A stretch of 64,000 bases of DNA. Source: Candidatus Obscuribacterales bacterium. GTDB lineage: Bacteria; Cyanobacteriota; Vampirovibrionia; Obscuribacterales; Obscuribacteraceae. The notes under the pieces were generated by a model, which saw only the letters and a program-made list of their open reading frames with translations, was not told the DNA's origin and searched no databases. Location of the stretch: the NCBI GenBank assembly GCA_965228855.1, contig CBDDIJ010000005.1:960001-1024000 (forward strand), read 5' to 3'. The position numbers and the translations under genes were made by a program. Numbering within the stretch: the stretch's first letter is position 1; each line of letters begins with the position of its first letter. This document shows, piece by piece, positions 9,624-19,233 of this stretch.

Positions 9624-11858
9624 TTGAACACGAACTTCATGCCAGCAAGTTTAAACATAAACAATCGGAAGAAACGATTGAACAAGTGCAGCGTTGCAAT
9701 CGCGTTAGCGTTGAGCCTTTTGGCACCTGGCTTTTGGCATTACGTTAACGCCAAAAGTTTGAAACCGATAAAAGATGTCGCAACCGAAAACGAAGTCATC
9801 AAGCTCTACAACCAGGCGCTTCGTTACTCAAAGGGCGAGCGCAACGTTCATGCACGCGTAGTGCTTGAACAAGCGGCAAAATACGATCCAACATCAGTTT
9901 CGCCATACATTCACGCAGCTTTGTCGGAAATCTATCACGACCTGGGAAACCCGGACAAAGCGATTCAAGAAGGGCTTGCAGCCTTGCGTTACGACCCGTC
10001 AATGAAAGACATGTATTACAATCTTGGACTGTTTTGCAAGGACGCGAATCGCTATAACGAAGGAATCCAATATCTCAACAAGTTCGTTGAAATGTCGTCC
10101 GGCGACAAGCGAACTAACGCATTAGCACTAATCGAGAGCCTCACTAAAGAACAGCAAAAGATGGGCGCGTTCTCCAACAACGATCCGGATTATCTCGGGC
10201 AGTTGATGGCGGAGGGTCAAGCCCACTACTGGCCAGCGACGAAAATTCCACTCAAGGTTTTCATCGATCAAACATCCGATGCCCGAGGATTTAAACCGGA
10301 ATTCGTTGGCATCGCGCATGATGCCTTCATCACCTGGTATCAGGCATCGGGGAAGAAACTGTCGTTCGCATTCGTAAACACACTCGATGAAGCGGACATC
10401 AACGTCGAATGGACCGACGGAATGCTTAAAGTCGGCGATGAAAAATACGAGCGCACCAAGGCGGGCTTAACGACGACAACGCGCCGTGAGCATACGATAG
10501 AGCGAGCGCGAATTCAGATTCGTACAGTTCAAGCGTTCACGAAAAATCCGGAACCGGTTGACCGGATCAAAGAAACTTGCCTGCATGAAATCGGGCACGC
10601 TCTGGGCTTAAACGGACACTCAACCAGCACCGCGGATATCATGTATTTTGGAAACAGTACTCGCCAGCTGCCCGCATTGACAAAGCGGGACAAGGCGACA
10701 ATGGCGAGATTGTATTCGACGTATCCTCCATTTCCAATGATCGGCGTTGATAGCAGCTTTCCTTATCCTGCACCGGTAACAAGCATTCCTCAGCTCACGG
10801 GCAATGACGGAAGCAATTACGGTGGCAGCTACGGAAATGCGAGCGGCGGATACAATGCTAATGGCGCCGGTGGTTACGACGCCAATAATGGTGGCACTTC
10901 TGGTGCTGGCGGAAATTACAATGGTGGCGCATACGGTGCTACCAATAGCTCAAATTCCTCCGGCGGAAGTTTCGCAAACACCAGCGACTCAGGCACATCA
11001 GGCGTAGGTTCTGCGAATGCCGGCGACTCTGGAAAGTCAAGCGGCAGTCCTGACGAACTCCTCTCAATTCCTGCCGACGAAATCGAAGCGGCGACCGATC
11101 CAGGAACGCCGCTACCGCCGACACCACAACAAGCGGCAGCTGAACAATCCGGAAATCAAACCGCTCCCGTTAGCGCAGCGACGTCGCAACTTCCGGGATG
11201 GAGTCCACCTGGCGCGGCCAGCGGAATGCCGGTGCAATCATGGCAGACACCAGCCGGAAACGCGCCACCATATGGGGTGGCATGGCCGCAACAACCGCAA
11301 GCACAACCCATTCAGCGACCGGTGACACCATACACACAGACCGGATATGGACCGCCAAGCTACGGGTCACAATCGTATCCTGTGCAACAACCAGTCATGC
11401 CGTACGCTACGACTCCGGCTCAATACGCTGCACCTACCGGACAGACATGGCCGCAGGCTCAATACGCTGCACCTACCGGACAGACATGGCCGCAGGCTCA
11501 ATCACAATATTCACAACAAAACAACTTTGCCGGAAATCAACCAGTGGTTCAGAACGGATATCAGCAAAACATGAATGCACCTGTGACAATGCAATCTCCA
11601 GGCGCCGGGCCGGATCAATCAACAGCAGGCGGTCAGCAGAATCCTGTAATGCAATTCGCCCAACAGTTTATGCCGCAAAACGGACAACAGGGCGCGCAGG
11701 GTCCGAATCCGATCATGCAATTCGCGCAACAGGTTTTTCAAGGCAATCAAAACGGTCAGCCTGGAGCGCCGCAGCGTACGCCAGGTCAGATGGTCGACCA
11801 GGTGTTGCAGATGTTCAATCCGCAGCAGCAGCAACAGCAGCAGCAGCAGCAGCGATAA
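9624..11858 (+). CDS. TPR + matrixin (M10) metalloprotease with long Q/P/G-rich tail
   Basis: Signal/TM segment, TPRs, HEIGHALGLNGH and DIMY Met-turn. The exact start is uncertain. Confidence 0.85.
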   Translation: MNTNFMPASLNINNRKKRLNKCSVAIALALSLLAPGFWHYVNAKSLKPIKDVATENEVIKLYNQALRYSKGERNVHARVVLEQAAKYDPTSVSPYIHAALSEIYHDLGNPDKAIQEGLAALRYDPSMKDMYYNLGLFCKDANRYNEGIQYLNKFVEMSSGDKRTNALALIESLTKEQQKMGAFSNNDPDYLGQLMAEGQAHYWPATKIPLKVFIDQTSDARGFKPEFVGIAHDAFITWYQASGKKLSFAFVNTLDEADINVEWTDGMLKVGDEKYERTKAGLTTTTRREHTIERARIQIRTVQAFTKNPEPVDRIKETCLHEIGHALGLNGHSTSTADIMYFGNSTRQLPALTKRDKATMARLYSTYPPFPMIGVDSSFPYPAPVTSIPQLTGNDGSNYGGSYGNASGGYNANGAGGYDANNGGTSGAGGNYNGGAYGATNSSNSSGGSFANTSDSGTSGVGSANAGDSGKSSGSPDELLSIPADEIEAATDPGTPLPPTPQQAAAEQSGNQTAPVSAATSQLPGWSPPGAASGMPVQSWQTPAGNAPPYGVAWPQQPQAQPIQRPVTPYTQTGYGPPSYGSQSYPVQQPVMPYATTPAQYAAPTGQTWPQAQYAAPTGQTWPQAQSQYSQQNNFAGNQPVVQNGYQQNMNAPVTMQSPGAGPDQSTAGGQQNPVMQFAQQFMPQNGQQGAQGPNPIMQFAQQVFQGNQNGQPGAPQRTPGQMVDQVLQMFNPQQQQQQQQQQR
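11418..11502 (+). repeat. 39-bp coding tandem repeat (AQYAAPTGQTWPQ x2)
   Basis: Identical units at 11418-11456 and 11457-11495. Confidence 0.9.
11823..11852 (+). repeat. CAG-rich trinucleotide run encoding Q10
   Basis: cagcagcagcaacagcagcagcagcagcag just before the stop codon. Confidence 0.9.
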
Positions 11859-11905
11859 TCCGCAATCGACTAGCGGTAGTAGATTTACGAATCAACTCAA
11901 TCAGT

Positions 11906-12379
11906 TCAAGGCGAAGTTTTCGCAGCTTGATTGCGGACGTAAACAATGAAGTCGGTAGCTGCAGGCGTACCGCCTTTCTGTCTTACGATTTTGGCGATTT
12001 GACCTCTGTGGTATGCGCCGTGAAGCGTCACGTGAGTGAGAATGTCCATTACCGAGTCGCAGAACGGCTCGCCGCGGGTATTTTGATAGTCGATAGCGGT
12101 AAGTAATTTATCGTCCGTTACTGTTGAGAGAAATTCCGACCAGGTCTTTTCGCTCTCTGCGACTAAGGTCTGGCATTCGTCAATGGTTAGTGTCGGCCAC
12201 ACGGCAAACGCTGCGTGACTTGAAGTCAATCGCGAGAGCCAAACATTTTCAGCAGCGATCATGTGCGCGATTATTGGTGCACCTTCCTCGTGCGCCGCTG
12301 GACAGGCCTGAAGCGATGCCAGAGTTTTCTGGTTCGCCCAGGCTGTGTAGTTGAAGGAGCGAAGAATGTAGTTTTTCAA
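11906..12379 (-). CDS. DinB family protein
   Basis: YTAWAN, HMIAAE..W and HVTLHGAYHRGQI motifs. Confidence 0.9.
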   Translation of the reverse strand: MKNYILRSFNYTAWANQKTLASLQACPAAHEEGAPIIAHMIAAENVWLSRLTSSHAAFAVWPTLTIDECQTLVAESEKTWSEFLSTVTDDKLLTAIDYQNTRGEPFCDSVMDILTHVTLHGAYHRGQIAKIVRQKGGTPAATDFIVYVRNQAAKTSP

Positions 12380-12469
12380 GGAAAGTTCCGCCTCGATGCC
12401 TCTAGGTAGACGAGATTATCATAGTCGTTGATGTCAGACCTAGAGTTTGAGTTGTCGTTTAAGTCTGCG

Positions 12470-12844
12470 TTATAACCGTTCATACATAAAAATGTCGGAA
12501 GCAGCGACACAGATCTCCTTTTCGAAGACGAAAATGTGTTGTCCGGATCTATTAAAGAGATATCCAGTTCCGTGATAGACCCAGGTTTCATCGGAGTCAG
12601 AAACGAAACGGTATGGCTCTTTGAAGACACAGTCCGGAGCACCAAACTTAGATCTGATTTGTTTCTTGCAATTTCCGACTGATGGATCTTTCTTCCAGGC
12701 TTCGAGCTGTCCGCTAACCGGCACGCAATGCGGCAAACATTCCGTTTCGTTACTAGGTAAATCCGCGGGACTACTGCAGAGCTTCCAGAATCCAAAAGCC
12801 AGCCCTACAAGCAGTGCAAGAATGATAGTCTTCACGTGCATCAT
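12470..12844 (-). CDS. small membrane-anchored hypothetical protein
   Basis: N-terminal TM and a KFGAPD..TWVY pattern. Confidence 0.55.
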   Translation of the reverse strand: MMHVKTIILALLVGLAFGFWKLCSSPADLPSNETECLPHCVPVSGQLEAWKKDPSVGNCKKQIRSKFGAPDCVFKEPYRFVSDSDETWVYHGTGYLFNRSGQHIFVFEKEICVAASDIFMYERL

Positions 12845-12969
12845 AAACGCACCATCACAATTCTACGGATCTATCCTAAGTTCTGAGCCCGTATTTTGAA
12901 AATGGTGAAATCACGACTTAACTAGTCCGCTGACATGACGCATGCTGTCAGCTGGTTTTGTGGATTGGT

Positions 12970-13479
12970 CTACAACCGGTCTTTGCCGCGAGCCACGTGA
13001 ATCATTCGCGCGAATTCGTAATCCCTGGGGCAATAAACGAAAATGACGCCCCATGGTACTTTCGCTTCATGTTCACGCTTCCGATACGCGAGCGGCGCGC
13101 TTCGTTTAATAGCGTCAACCAAGCCTGCTTGAATCGCCTTAAACTGTTTAATATCGACGTCGTTTTTCTCGCGCAGTTCTCCGCTATTCTTCTCACTTTT
13201 TACGTTTCGAACTTTGCCGTTTGGAAACAGCAAGAATGAAATCAGAATCTGAGTATCTCCGGCATCGGCTTTGGAAAGTTTGGGACCTTTGTAGTTCGTT
13301 TGAATCTTATTTAGATTGGGTGCTGACCACTCCCGTTCTGCAGTTTGCGGATCCTCAATTCGGTTAGCAGATGCGCCACTAATAGTGGTACTACTTAAGA
13401 GTGCCCCTACCAGTAGAGCCACCTTCATATTTCTATTTTTTAAAGCCGCGATATCGAAAAACATAGTCTGGAGGACCAT
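12970..13479 (-). CDS. secreted hypothetical protein, TonB-C-like fold
   Basis: Signal peptide MKVALLVGALLS and an ISFLLFPNGKVRNVK..NSG...DAIKRSAP pattern. The true start is probably the internal Met. Confidence 0.55.
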   Translation of the reverse strand: MVLQTMFFDIAALKNRNMKVALLVGALLSSTTISGASANRIEDPQTAEREWSAPNLNKIQTNYKGPKLSKADAGDTQILISFLLFPNGKVRNVKSEKNSGELREKNDVDIKQFKAIQAGLVDAIKRSAPLAYRKREHEAKVPWGVIFVYCPRDYEFARMIHVARGKDRL

Positions 13480-13535
13480 ACCCTTTTACCTTATCGTTTA
13501 AAGACAATCTATGTCGGCACGCCGCGTGCCAGCGT

Positions 13536-14747
13536 TCACTTCTTCGCGTTTCTCACAGACGACATCCAATAGCCCGGTGGGTTGGTATAGATGCGATGGA
13601 TCTGCGCTCTATCAGCGGGACTCAGCTGTCGACAAATATAATCGCCCCAGGCATCGATTGGATAATCCTCGGTCTTATACATGATGTCTTCTTTGCTGTT
13701 TAAATGACCGAGCCCGAATGCATGGCCGATCTCATGCGCTGCGATCGCTTTGCGAGACTTGTACCAGTCGCCCTGTTTGTACTTTTCTTTGCTTCCAAGA
13801 ACAATCTCGATGATTGCCGGCTGATTTGCTTCGCGCGGATAGTTACACATACCGACCGCTTCCGGCAGCGAATCACAGAAGAAAACCAGAATGTCGGCGT
13901 CTGCCGAGGAAGTCGTCTGAGTGAATTTGATCACGCTCTGCGTCGCCCACATCTGCAAACCATCGGAAACGGCGGTGCGATCTTCCGGACCGTAGTGTTC
14001 ATTAGCCCTCAATGTGTTGAGGAAATTTGGTTGTTTGAACATATTGCAGAGTTCGCGATATTCACTTCGTTTTAAACCGCCACGCGCGCGAAACTGCGAG
14101 GGAAGCTCCAGACCACCGGTCACACAAACTCGAAGTGGAAACGAATCAGGCAACCATCTGCGAACATCGGACCCTTCCGTGGTTGGTGGCATATCTTTCC
14201 CATTGCCACCGACAGGAGGTTCACCGCCGTCTCCTGCAGGAGGGGCTCCGACCGCGTTTGAAGCTGGGCGGCCGCTGGCAGTCATACTGCTAATCACCGA
14301 GGCAGGCAAGTGAATGCGTTTCATGCATGCATCAGCGCTCTTCGCTTCTTGCGAGTTCGGATACATCACGAGCAATCGACTGTAGCATTGCATTGCTCTT
14401 GCTTGATCGCCTGACGCATACATTGAATGCGCCGCATACAAGAGCACCGCTGGTCCCTGACCTGTTCCGTTATTCAAAGCGCTCTCAAAACGCGCAGATG
14501 CCGTTTTATAATCACCTTTTCGATAGGCATCCAACCCTGCCATTACATCAGATTGGGGAGGTCTGGCGCCTGCCGCGGATCTCTTCTGAGTGCTAGCGGC
14601 ACGCTTCGCCGCAGCTGGATGCTTGGAATCAGCCGTAACCGGACTCGCGGTTAGTAAAAAACCAATAGCCAGAGCACCGAGTGGAAGAATTCCGGCGCGG
14701 AAAATTTTTGTTTTACCCATTCGTTCCTGCCAGTCAGGGCATGTCAC
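13536..14747 (-). CDS. secreted TPR + matrixin metalloprotease
   Basis: Signal peptide, TPR, HEIGHAFGLGH and DIMY. Confidence 0.85.
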   Translation of the reverse strand: MTCPDWQERMGKTKIFRAGILPLGALAIGFLLTASPVTADSKHPAAAKRAASTQKRSAAGARPPQSDVMAGLDAYRKGDYKTASARFESALNNGTGQGPAVLLYAAHSMYASGDQARAMQCYSRLLVMYPNSQEAKSADACMKRIHLPASVISSMTASGRPASNAVGAPPAGDGGEPPVGGNGKDMPPTTEGSDVRRWLPDSFPLRVCVTGGLELPSQFRARGGLKRSEYRELCNMFKQPNFLNTLRANEHYGPEDRTAVSDGLQMWATQSVIKFTQTTSSADADILVFFCDSLPEAVGMCNYPREANQPAIIEIVLGSKEKYKQGDWYKSRKAIAAHEIGHAFGLGHLNSKEDIMYKTEDYPIDAWGDYICRQLSPADRAQIHRIYTNPPGYWMSSVRNAKK

Positions 14748-14807
14748 CTCGATGCTGCATATGATACAGCACTTTTTATTTCGATGCTCCGAATCAACTT
14801 TTTCGCG

Positions 14808-16031
14808 CTATTGATGATGGCGTTTCTGCATCAATGATTGCAGCGCAAGTTCCGACTCGTAGTCGTTTGGCATCATCTTCGTAGTGGCAAGTAGTTCAGC
14901 GATAGCACCATTTATGTCGCCGCGCTCTTTAAGCGCCATACCAAGTGCTTTGTGTAGTTCAGGACTCTTGGGGTTTATGGCGACAGCCAATCGATACTGC
15001 ATGACGGATGAAACGTGATCGCCAATTTGCGAATAAACCCACGCGAGACTCGAATGCGTATCGGCATCATTGGGCGCAAGCGAAACAGCCAGACGCGACT
15101 CGTCCAACGCTTCCGTGAGCCTGCGTTTGTTTGCCAGAACCCAGGCGCGACCGACATGCGCCTGGGCCGAATTCGGATCCAACCTCGTTGCGGTCGTGAG
15201 TTCTTCGAGGGCCTCATCCCAACGTTTTAACTTGCCGAGTGCCAGTCCGTACTTGCAGTGTGGAACCGGGTCTGATGGGTTTATCGCGATAGCTTTCTTG
15301 TACTGTTCATTCGAAAGTTCAGGAACGCGAGTAGCAACGTAACATTGAGCTAGAACCAGATACGGTACCACTAATTTTTCGTCGAGTCGAATCGAATCCT
15401 TGCACTCTTTGATCGCAAGCTGGTATTTACCGCTGTTTCGGTAACACTCACCGAGGTATGCATGGGCGAGCGCGTTGCCGGTATTTGTGCGCAGCGATGT
15501 CGAATATTCTTCCTGCGCAGCATCGTACTTACCCATCATGCGAAGAGCTTCTGCCTTGGAAAAGTGCGCATTCCCGCTCATGGGGCGAATTTTGATTACC
15601 CTGTCAAACTCCTTATTTGCTTCCTCATAGTCGGACATCGCCATTAGAATTTTGCCAAGCATGTAGTGCGCTTTTAAATTCTCAGGATCGAGTTTGACGA
15701 TATCCTGATATTCGATCATCGCATTCGTGAAGTCGCGACGATTAAAGAACGTGTCTCCAAGCTTGGAGTGGCGCGCGATCGACCCGACTACCTCGGGCGA
15801 CAACTCAGAAATCTCAGGCGAAGCGCTTTTCGGCTGCCCCGTCTCTTCGTCCAGATCCGTCTCAACGTTGATGCTGCGCGATTTCAGCGGATTGAATTGC
15901 TGAACCATATCGAGTGCTTTGTCTATAAACGGCACCGACGCCTCTGCACGATCCGCTTGAGCCAGTTGCCCAGCCGCTATACACGCGATTGCGAAAAACG
16001 ATATTCGGTTTCGATTGCTGGAGAACGCCAT
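14808..16031 (-). CDS. secreted multi-TPR protein
   Basis: Signal peptide followed by about 9 TPR units. Confidence 0.85.
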   Translation of the reverse strand: MAFSSNRNRISFFAIACIAAGQLAQADRAEASVPFIDKALDMVQQFNPLKSRSINVETDLDEETGQPKSASPEISELSPEVVGSIARHSKLGDTFFNRRDFTNAMIEYQDIVKLDPENLKAHYMLGKILMAMSDYEEANKEFDRVIKIRPMSGNAHFSKAEALRMMGKYDAAQEEYSTSLRTNTGNALAHAYLGECYRNSGKYQLAIKECKDSIRLDEKLVVPYLVLAQCYVATRVPELSNEQYKKAIAINPSDPVPHCKYGLALGKLKRWDEALEELTTATRLDPNSAQAHVGRAWVLANKRRLTEALDESRLAVSLAPNDADTHSSLAWVYSQIGDHVSSVMQYRLAVAINPKSPELHKALGMALKERGDINGAIAELLATTKMMPNDYESELALQSLMQKRHHQ

Positions 16032-16122
16032 TATGACTCTCGCAAGGTTCAGTAGGTCGAGACAACTCTATCACTAAGTTGGCTGTTTTTGCCTGCGCAG
16101 CAAGCCTGCGAGCCCCTTATCT

Positions 16123-16986
16123 TCACAATTGACTAGTCAGGGCCTGGACTTTCGAGATCTTATCGACTCTAAAAGTTCTTTCAGCTTGAGCTCGTTTGCA
16201 AAATGCCGTGAGGTACATATTGCCACGGCTGTGTATCAGTGCCGTAGGCTGAACAGTTCGAGTCGACTTGTACATGCCCTGATATTCCATTCGCATGGAT
16301 GCACTGTTCGATATGACTTCGCGAATAGATTCCACGATTTCGATTGTCCTTTCAGACAGCGATGCCATCGAGCTTTCAGCAAAACGATCGTAATCGAATG
16401 CACTGACGAATCCATTAACGGTCAAATCTTCCCAGCGCGATAACTGATATTCTTTCGACATGCATTTGAAAACGCCCTGCACGTGAATGCTGTCTGCGAG
16501 CGCTCTGTGATAGTCGCCTGCAGGTAAATTGAAATGCTCTACGACTGTTTTTAATTGATGATTTTTGGTTTCGCGCAAGAACTCGCGTGAGATCGTGAGG
16601 GTATCGACCACATAATTTCTCGGACAGGGAGCGCCTGCGCGAGCGAGATTTACTCGCAAAAACTCGACGTCGAATGGCGCGTTGTGTGCCATCATCACGG
16701 CGTCCGCGCCGGACCAATTTACGAAATCAATACATGCCTCTTTGAACGTCGGCGCACCTTCAACCATCTCGTCGGTAATACCATGAATGGCAGTGACTTG
16801 CGCGGGAATTGAGACTTCCGGGTCTATGAGCGTCGAAAAGGTTTCAAACTTCTCTTCGCCGAGTTTGAACTTGACTCCGGATAATTCAACCAGACGGTTG
16901 GCGACGGGCGAAAGACCTGTTGTTTCCACGTCAAACGCGACGAACTCCAGTTCATGCAAACCGGGATTACTATCAAACTGCACCAT
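16123..16986 (-). CDS. DEDDh (DnaQ-like) 3'-5' exonuclease fused to a WYL domain
   Basis: FDVETTG, HNAPFD and HRALADS motifs. C-terminal RTVQP...MYLTAFC...ERTFRVDKI is WYL-like. Confidence 0.9.
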   Translation of the reverse strand: MVQFDSNPGLHELEFVAFDVETTGLSPVANRLVELSGVKFKLGEEKFETFSTLIDPEVSIPAQVTAIHGITDEMVEGAPTFKEACIDFVNWSGADAVMMAHNAPFDVEFLRVNLARAGAPCPRNYVVDTLTISREFLRETKNHQLKTVVEHFNLPAGDYHRALADSIHVQGVFKCMSKEYQLSRWEDLTVNGFVSAFDYDRFAESSMASLSERTIEIVESIREVISNSASMRMEYQGMYKSTRTVQPTALIHSRGNMYLTAFCKRAQAERTFRVDKISKVQALTSQL

Positions 16987-17253
16987 ATGCTGCCTGCCAG
17001 TGAAAGTTGGTAAACGTCCGGGAATATCTTCCTACAGCTGAATACCGGCTACACTAAAAAGAAGGCTACATTGGGGTTTTAAAATCTTGGCTGTATGAGA
17101 TCGCGATACGATACCGATAGGCAACATATACAATGCGTATGAGCGCTCTCGAGCCAGCCGAATCTCAACGAGTGGAATATATCTTCTGGGGTAACAAGCG
17201 TCTGATCCTAAATCCACGCAAGCGACAGCTGTAAAAGGCGTCCTGATGCCCAA

Positions 17254-18087
17254 TTGGTGGCGCAAGTGATTTTAGAATGCAGAATGGATAAACTAAAGAT
17301 ATCGAAGAGGATCCGCGTAGAATCGATGCGCAAAATTGGCAGAGGTATTTACATTTTTCCATTGCTTGCCGCAAGCTTGATGCTAAGCGGTTTCGCGAGT
17401 GCGCCATTGGAAGGAACAGATATTCATGAAGCCGTCATCAAAGAAGGGCTGGCGGGCACGATTTGTCCGGCAAATATTGAAGTGATTGTGAACGGCAGCA
17501 AGTTTCAAGATGCCACGGCGACGGGAAATGAGACTGAAGAGCAACGCCATTTTGAAACGAAAAACATTCTGCGCTCATACGAATACGTTAAGCGCGAACA
17601 GAAGAAAGTTTTGAACTATGCAGCAGATGCTGACTCCAGCGCGGAGGCGAGAACCAGAGCGCTCTATCACTTTGGGATGATGCTGCATACGTTGCAAGAT
17701 TTTTATAGCAATACAAATTACCTGCGCCTGAAAGTTGCAGAAGCAAACCGCACCGCATCTGGTGACTTCGATCCATATGATCTGGAACTGTTCGACTGGC
17801 ATAAATTGACGGTCGGCAAAACGCCGGCAGTCGGAGGGCAAGAGCTCAAGCCAGAATTCATCCAGGCGGAAGAAATGAATAAACCGTTGCGCGACACAAC
17901 TTACGGCAAGGTTGCACGCGGTTTAGCTATTAGGGAAACTTCTCGGCAATGGACATTTCTAGAACAGCTTTTGAAAAACCGCTATGGAGAGAAAGCCGAA
18001 AGCATCAGCCTGGCTCTGCGCAAGGCAAGTTGTATAGAGAAAGTTCCGAAGGACGCGGAAGAGGCAATCGACGCCGGGGGCGATTGA
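17254..18087 (+). CDS. secreted HET-C/VWA7/zinc-phospholipase-C-like protein
   Basis: Signal peptide, IHE, RHF and GMMLHTLQDFYSNTNY motifs. The start is probably a downstream ATG. Confidence 0.65.
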   Translation: MVAQVILECRMDKLKISKRIRVESMRKIGRGIYIFPLLAASLMLSGFASAPLEGTDIHEAVIKEGLAGTICPANIEVIVNGSKFQDATATGNETEEQRHFETKNILRSYEYVKREQKKVLNYAADADSSAEARTRALYHFGMMLHTLQDFYSNTNYLRLKVAEANRTASGDFDPYDLELFDWHKLTVGKTPAVGGQELKPEFIQAEEMNKPLRDTTYGKVARGLAIRETSRQWTFLEQLLKNRYGEKAESISLALRKASCIEKVPKDAEEAIDAGGD

Positions 18088-18484
18088 GCTCTTTCTTCTG
18101 CGCAAAATTTCGCAGCGCCGACCTCGGTCTATCTCGTTTGGGCCTGTTAGGTTGATTCCGGTATTAGGGGATTTTTCCTGAAAGGCATTGCCTAGCAATG
18201 GTTTGCAGCTTGTTCTGTGGTCTCCCGGGCCACCACGACGATCGCAGGGAAAAATGGAGAAATTTCCTGAAGCCAGTAATAGCAGGTGTTTGCGTCATAT
18301 GTGGACTTAGACGGGTATTACTGAAGCAGCCTATTGGCATCCGGTATTACCGGAACCATTTTAAGAACTCGCGACGACCTATAACCTGGGGAGGTGGCAT
18401 CTCGCCTAATCCATCCCATGCTCATGTCTCAAATTACAACCTCAAGAGTCTGCGCAATCCGACAATCACTCAAACCCGGCTTCA

Positions 18485-19189
18485 TCACTTTATCGCGGCG
18501 CGACCGCAGTCGGGGCAGTCGTTTCGAGGGTCCAAACCGCGAACAGTTTCGACATCTCCCCGCAAACCATCGACCTTCCACAGAACATTTCCCTGTTGAA
18601 CTCCGATGCCGGCAAGAAGTTTCACCGCTTCGAGCGCGATGATGGAACCGGCACAGGTAGCGACCGGAGAGAAGGTATCTCGTTCGACTGGTGTAATCGG
18701 AAAGTCATCGATGCCGGACACGGGCAGGGCACATCGCAAACATGCCGACTTTCCGGGCAACATGGTAAACAATTGAAACCTGAGTCCTGATGAACCTGAA
18801 TGAACTAACGGCAGCTTCAATCGCATGCACAAATCGCTTAAACGAAGTTTGGTTTGCCAATCGAGTAGACCTTCGATGACCAGGTCAATGCCTTTGAACA
18901 GGGCATCTTCAAGATCGTGCCCATTGAGCTCACGGAAGTCGACGACGGTATCAGGATTCGAATTGCTGGCAGAAACATCGCTCATTCGGCAGATTGTAAG
19001 CGAATCTCCAACGATCGTGATTCGACCGATTCCGGTCTTAATCAGCTGCACCAAAACAGTCTCGACTGTTTCTTCTCCGGCGAAAAGCAGGCAGGATGCG
19101 GACAATAAGCGAGATTGTTTCTCGCTCGTCATTCCAGGCATCGTCAATTGATGCTTGTATCGTTCAAGTTGCTCTGCCGTGAGACTGAT
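18485..19189 (-). CDS. ThiF/MoeB-like protein, degenerate; probable ATC start
   Basis: SLTAEQLERY N-terminus, GIGRITIV, NPD, CLRC and CPDC zinc motifs. No GxGxxG motif. Confidence 0.75.
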   Translation of the reverse strand: MSLTAEQLERYKHQLTMPGMTSEKQSRLLSASCLLFAGEETVETVLVQLIKTGIGRITIVGDSLTICRMSDVSASNSNPDTVVDFRELNGHDLEDALFKGIDLVIEGLLDWQTKLRLSDLCMRLKLPLVHSGSSGLRFQLFTMLPGKSACLRCALPVSGIDDFPITPVERDTFSPVATCAGSIIALEAVKLLAGIGVQQGNVLWKVDGLRGDVETVRGLDPRNDCPDCGRAAIK

Positions 19190-19233
19190 GTCAGGTCCTT
19201 TCCCGCGTTTCTGCTAGTGGTGACGAGAATTCT

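Noticed and set aside
18198..18599. 133-aa plus-strand ORF
   Set aside because: It overlaps the ThiF-like gene, has no SD or recognisable motif, and the region is better explained as structured non-coding sequence.
16123..19189. Anti-phage operon (WYL exonuclease + HET-C-like + ThiF)
   Set aside because: The genes are divergent or convergent and separated by long spacers. No E2, JAB or other defence partner is present.
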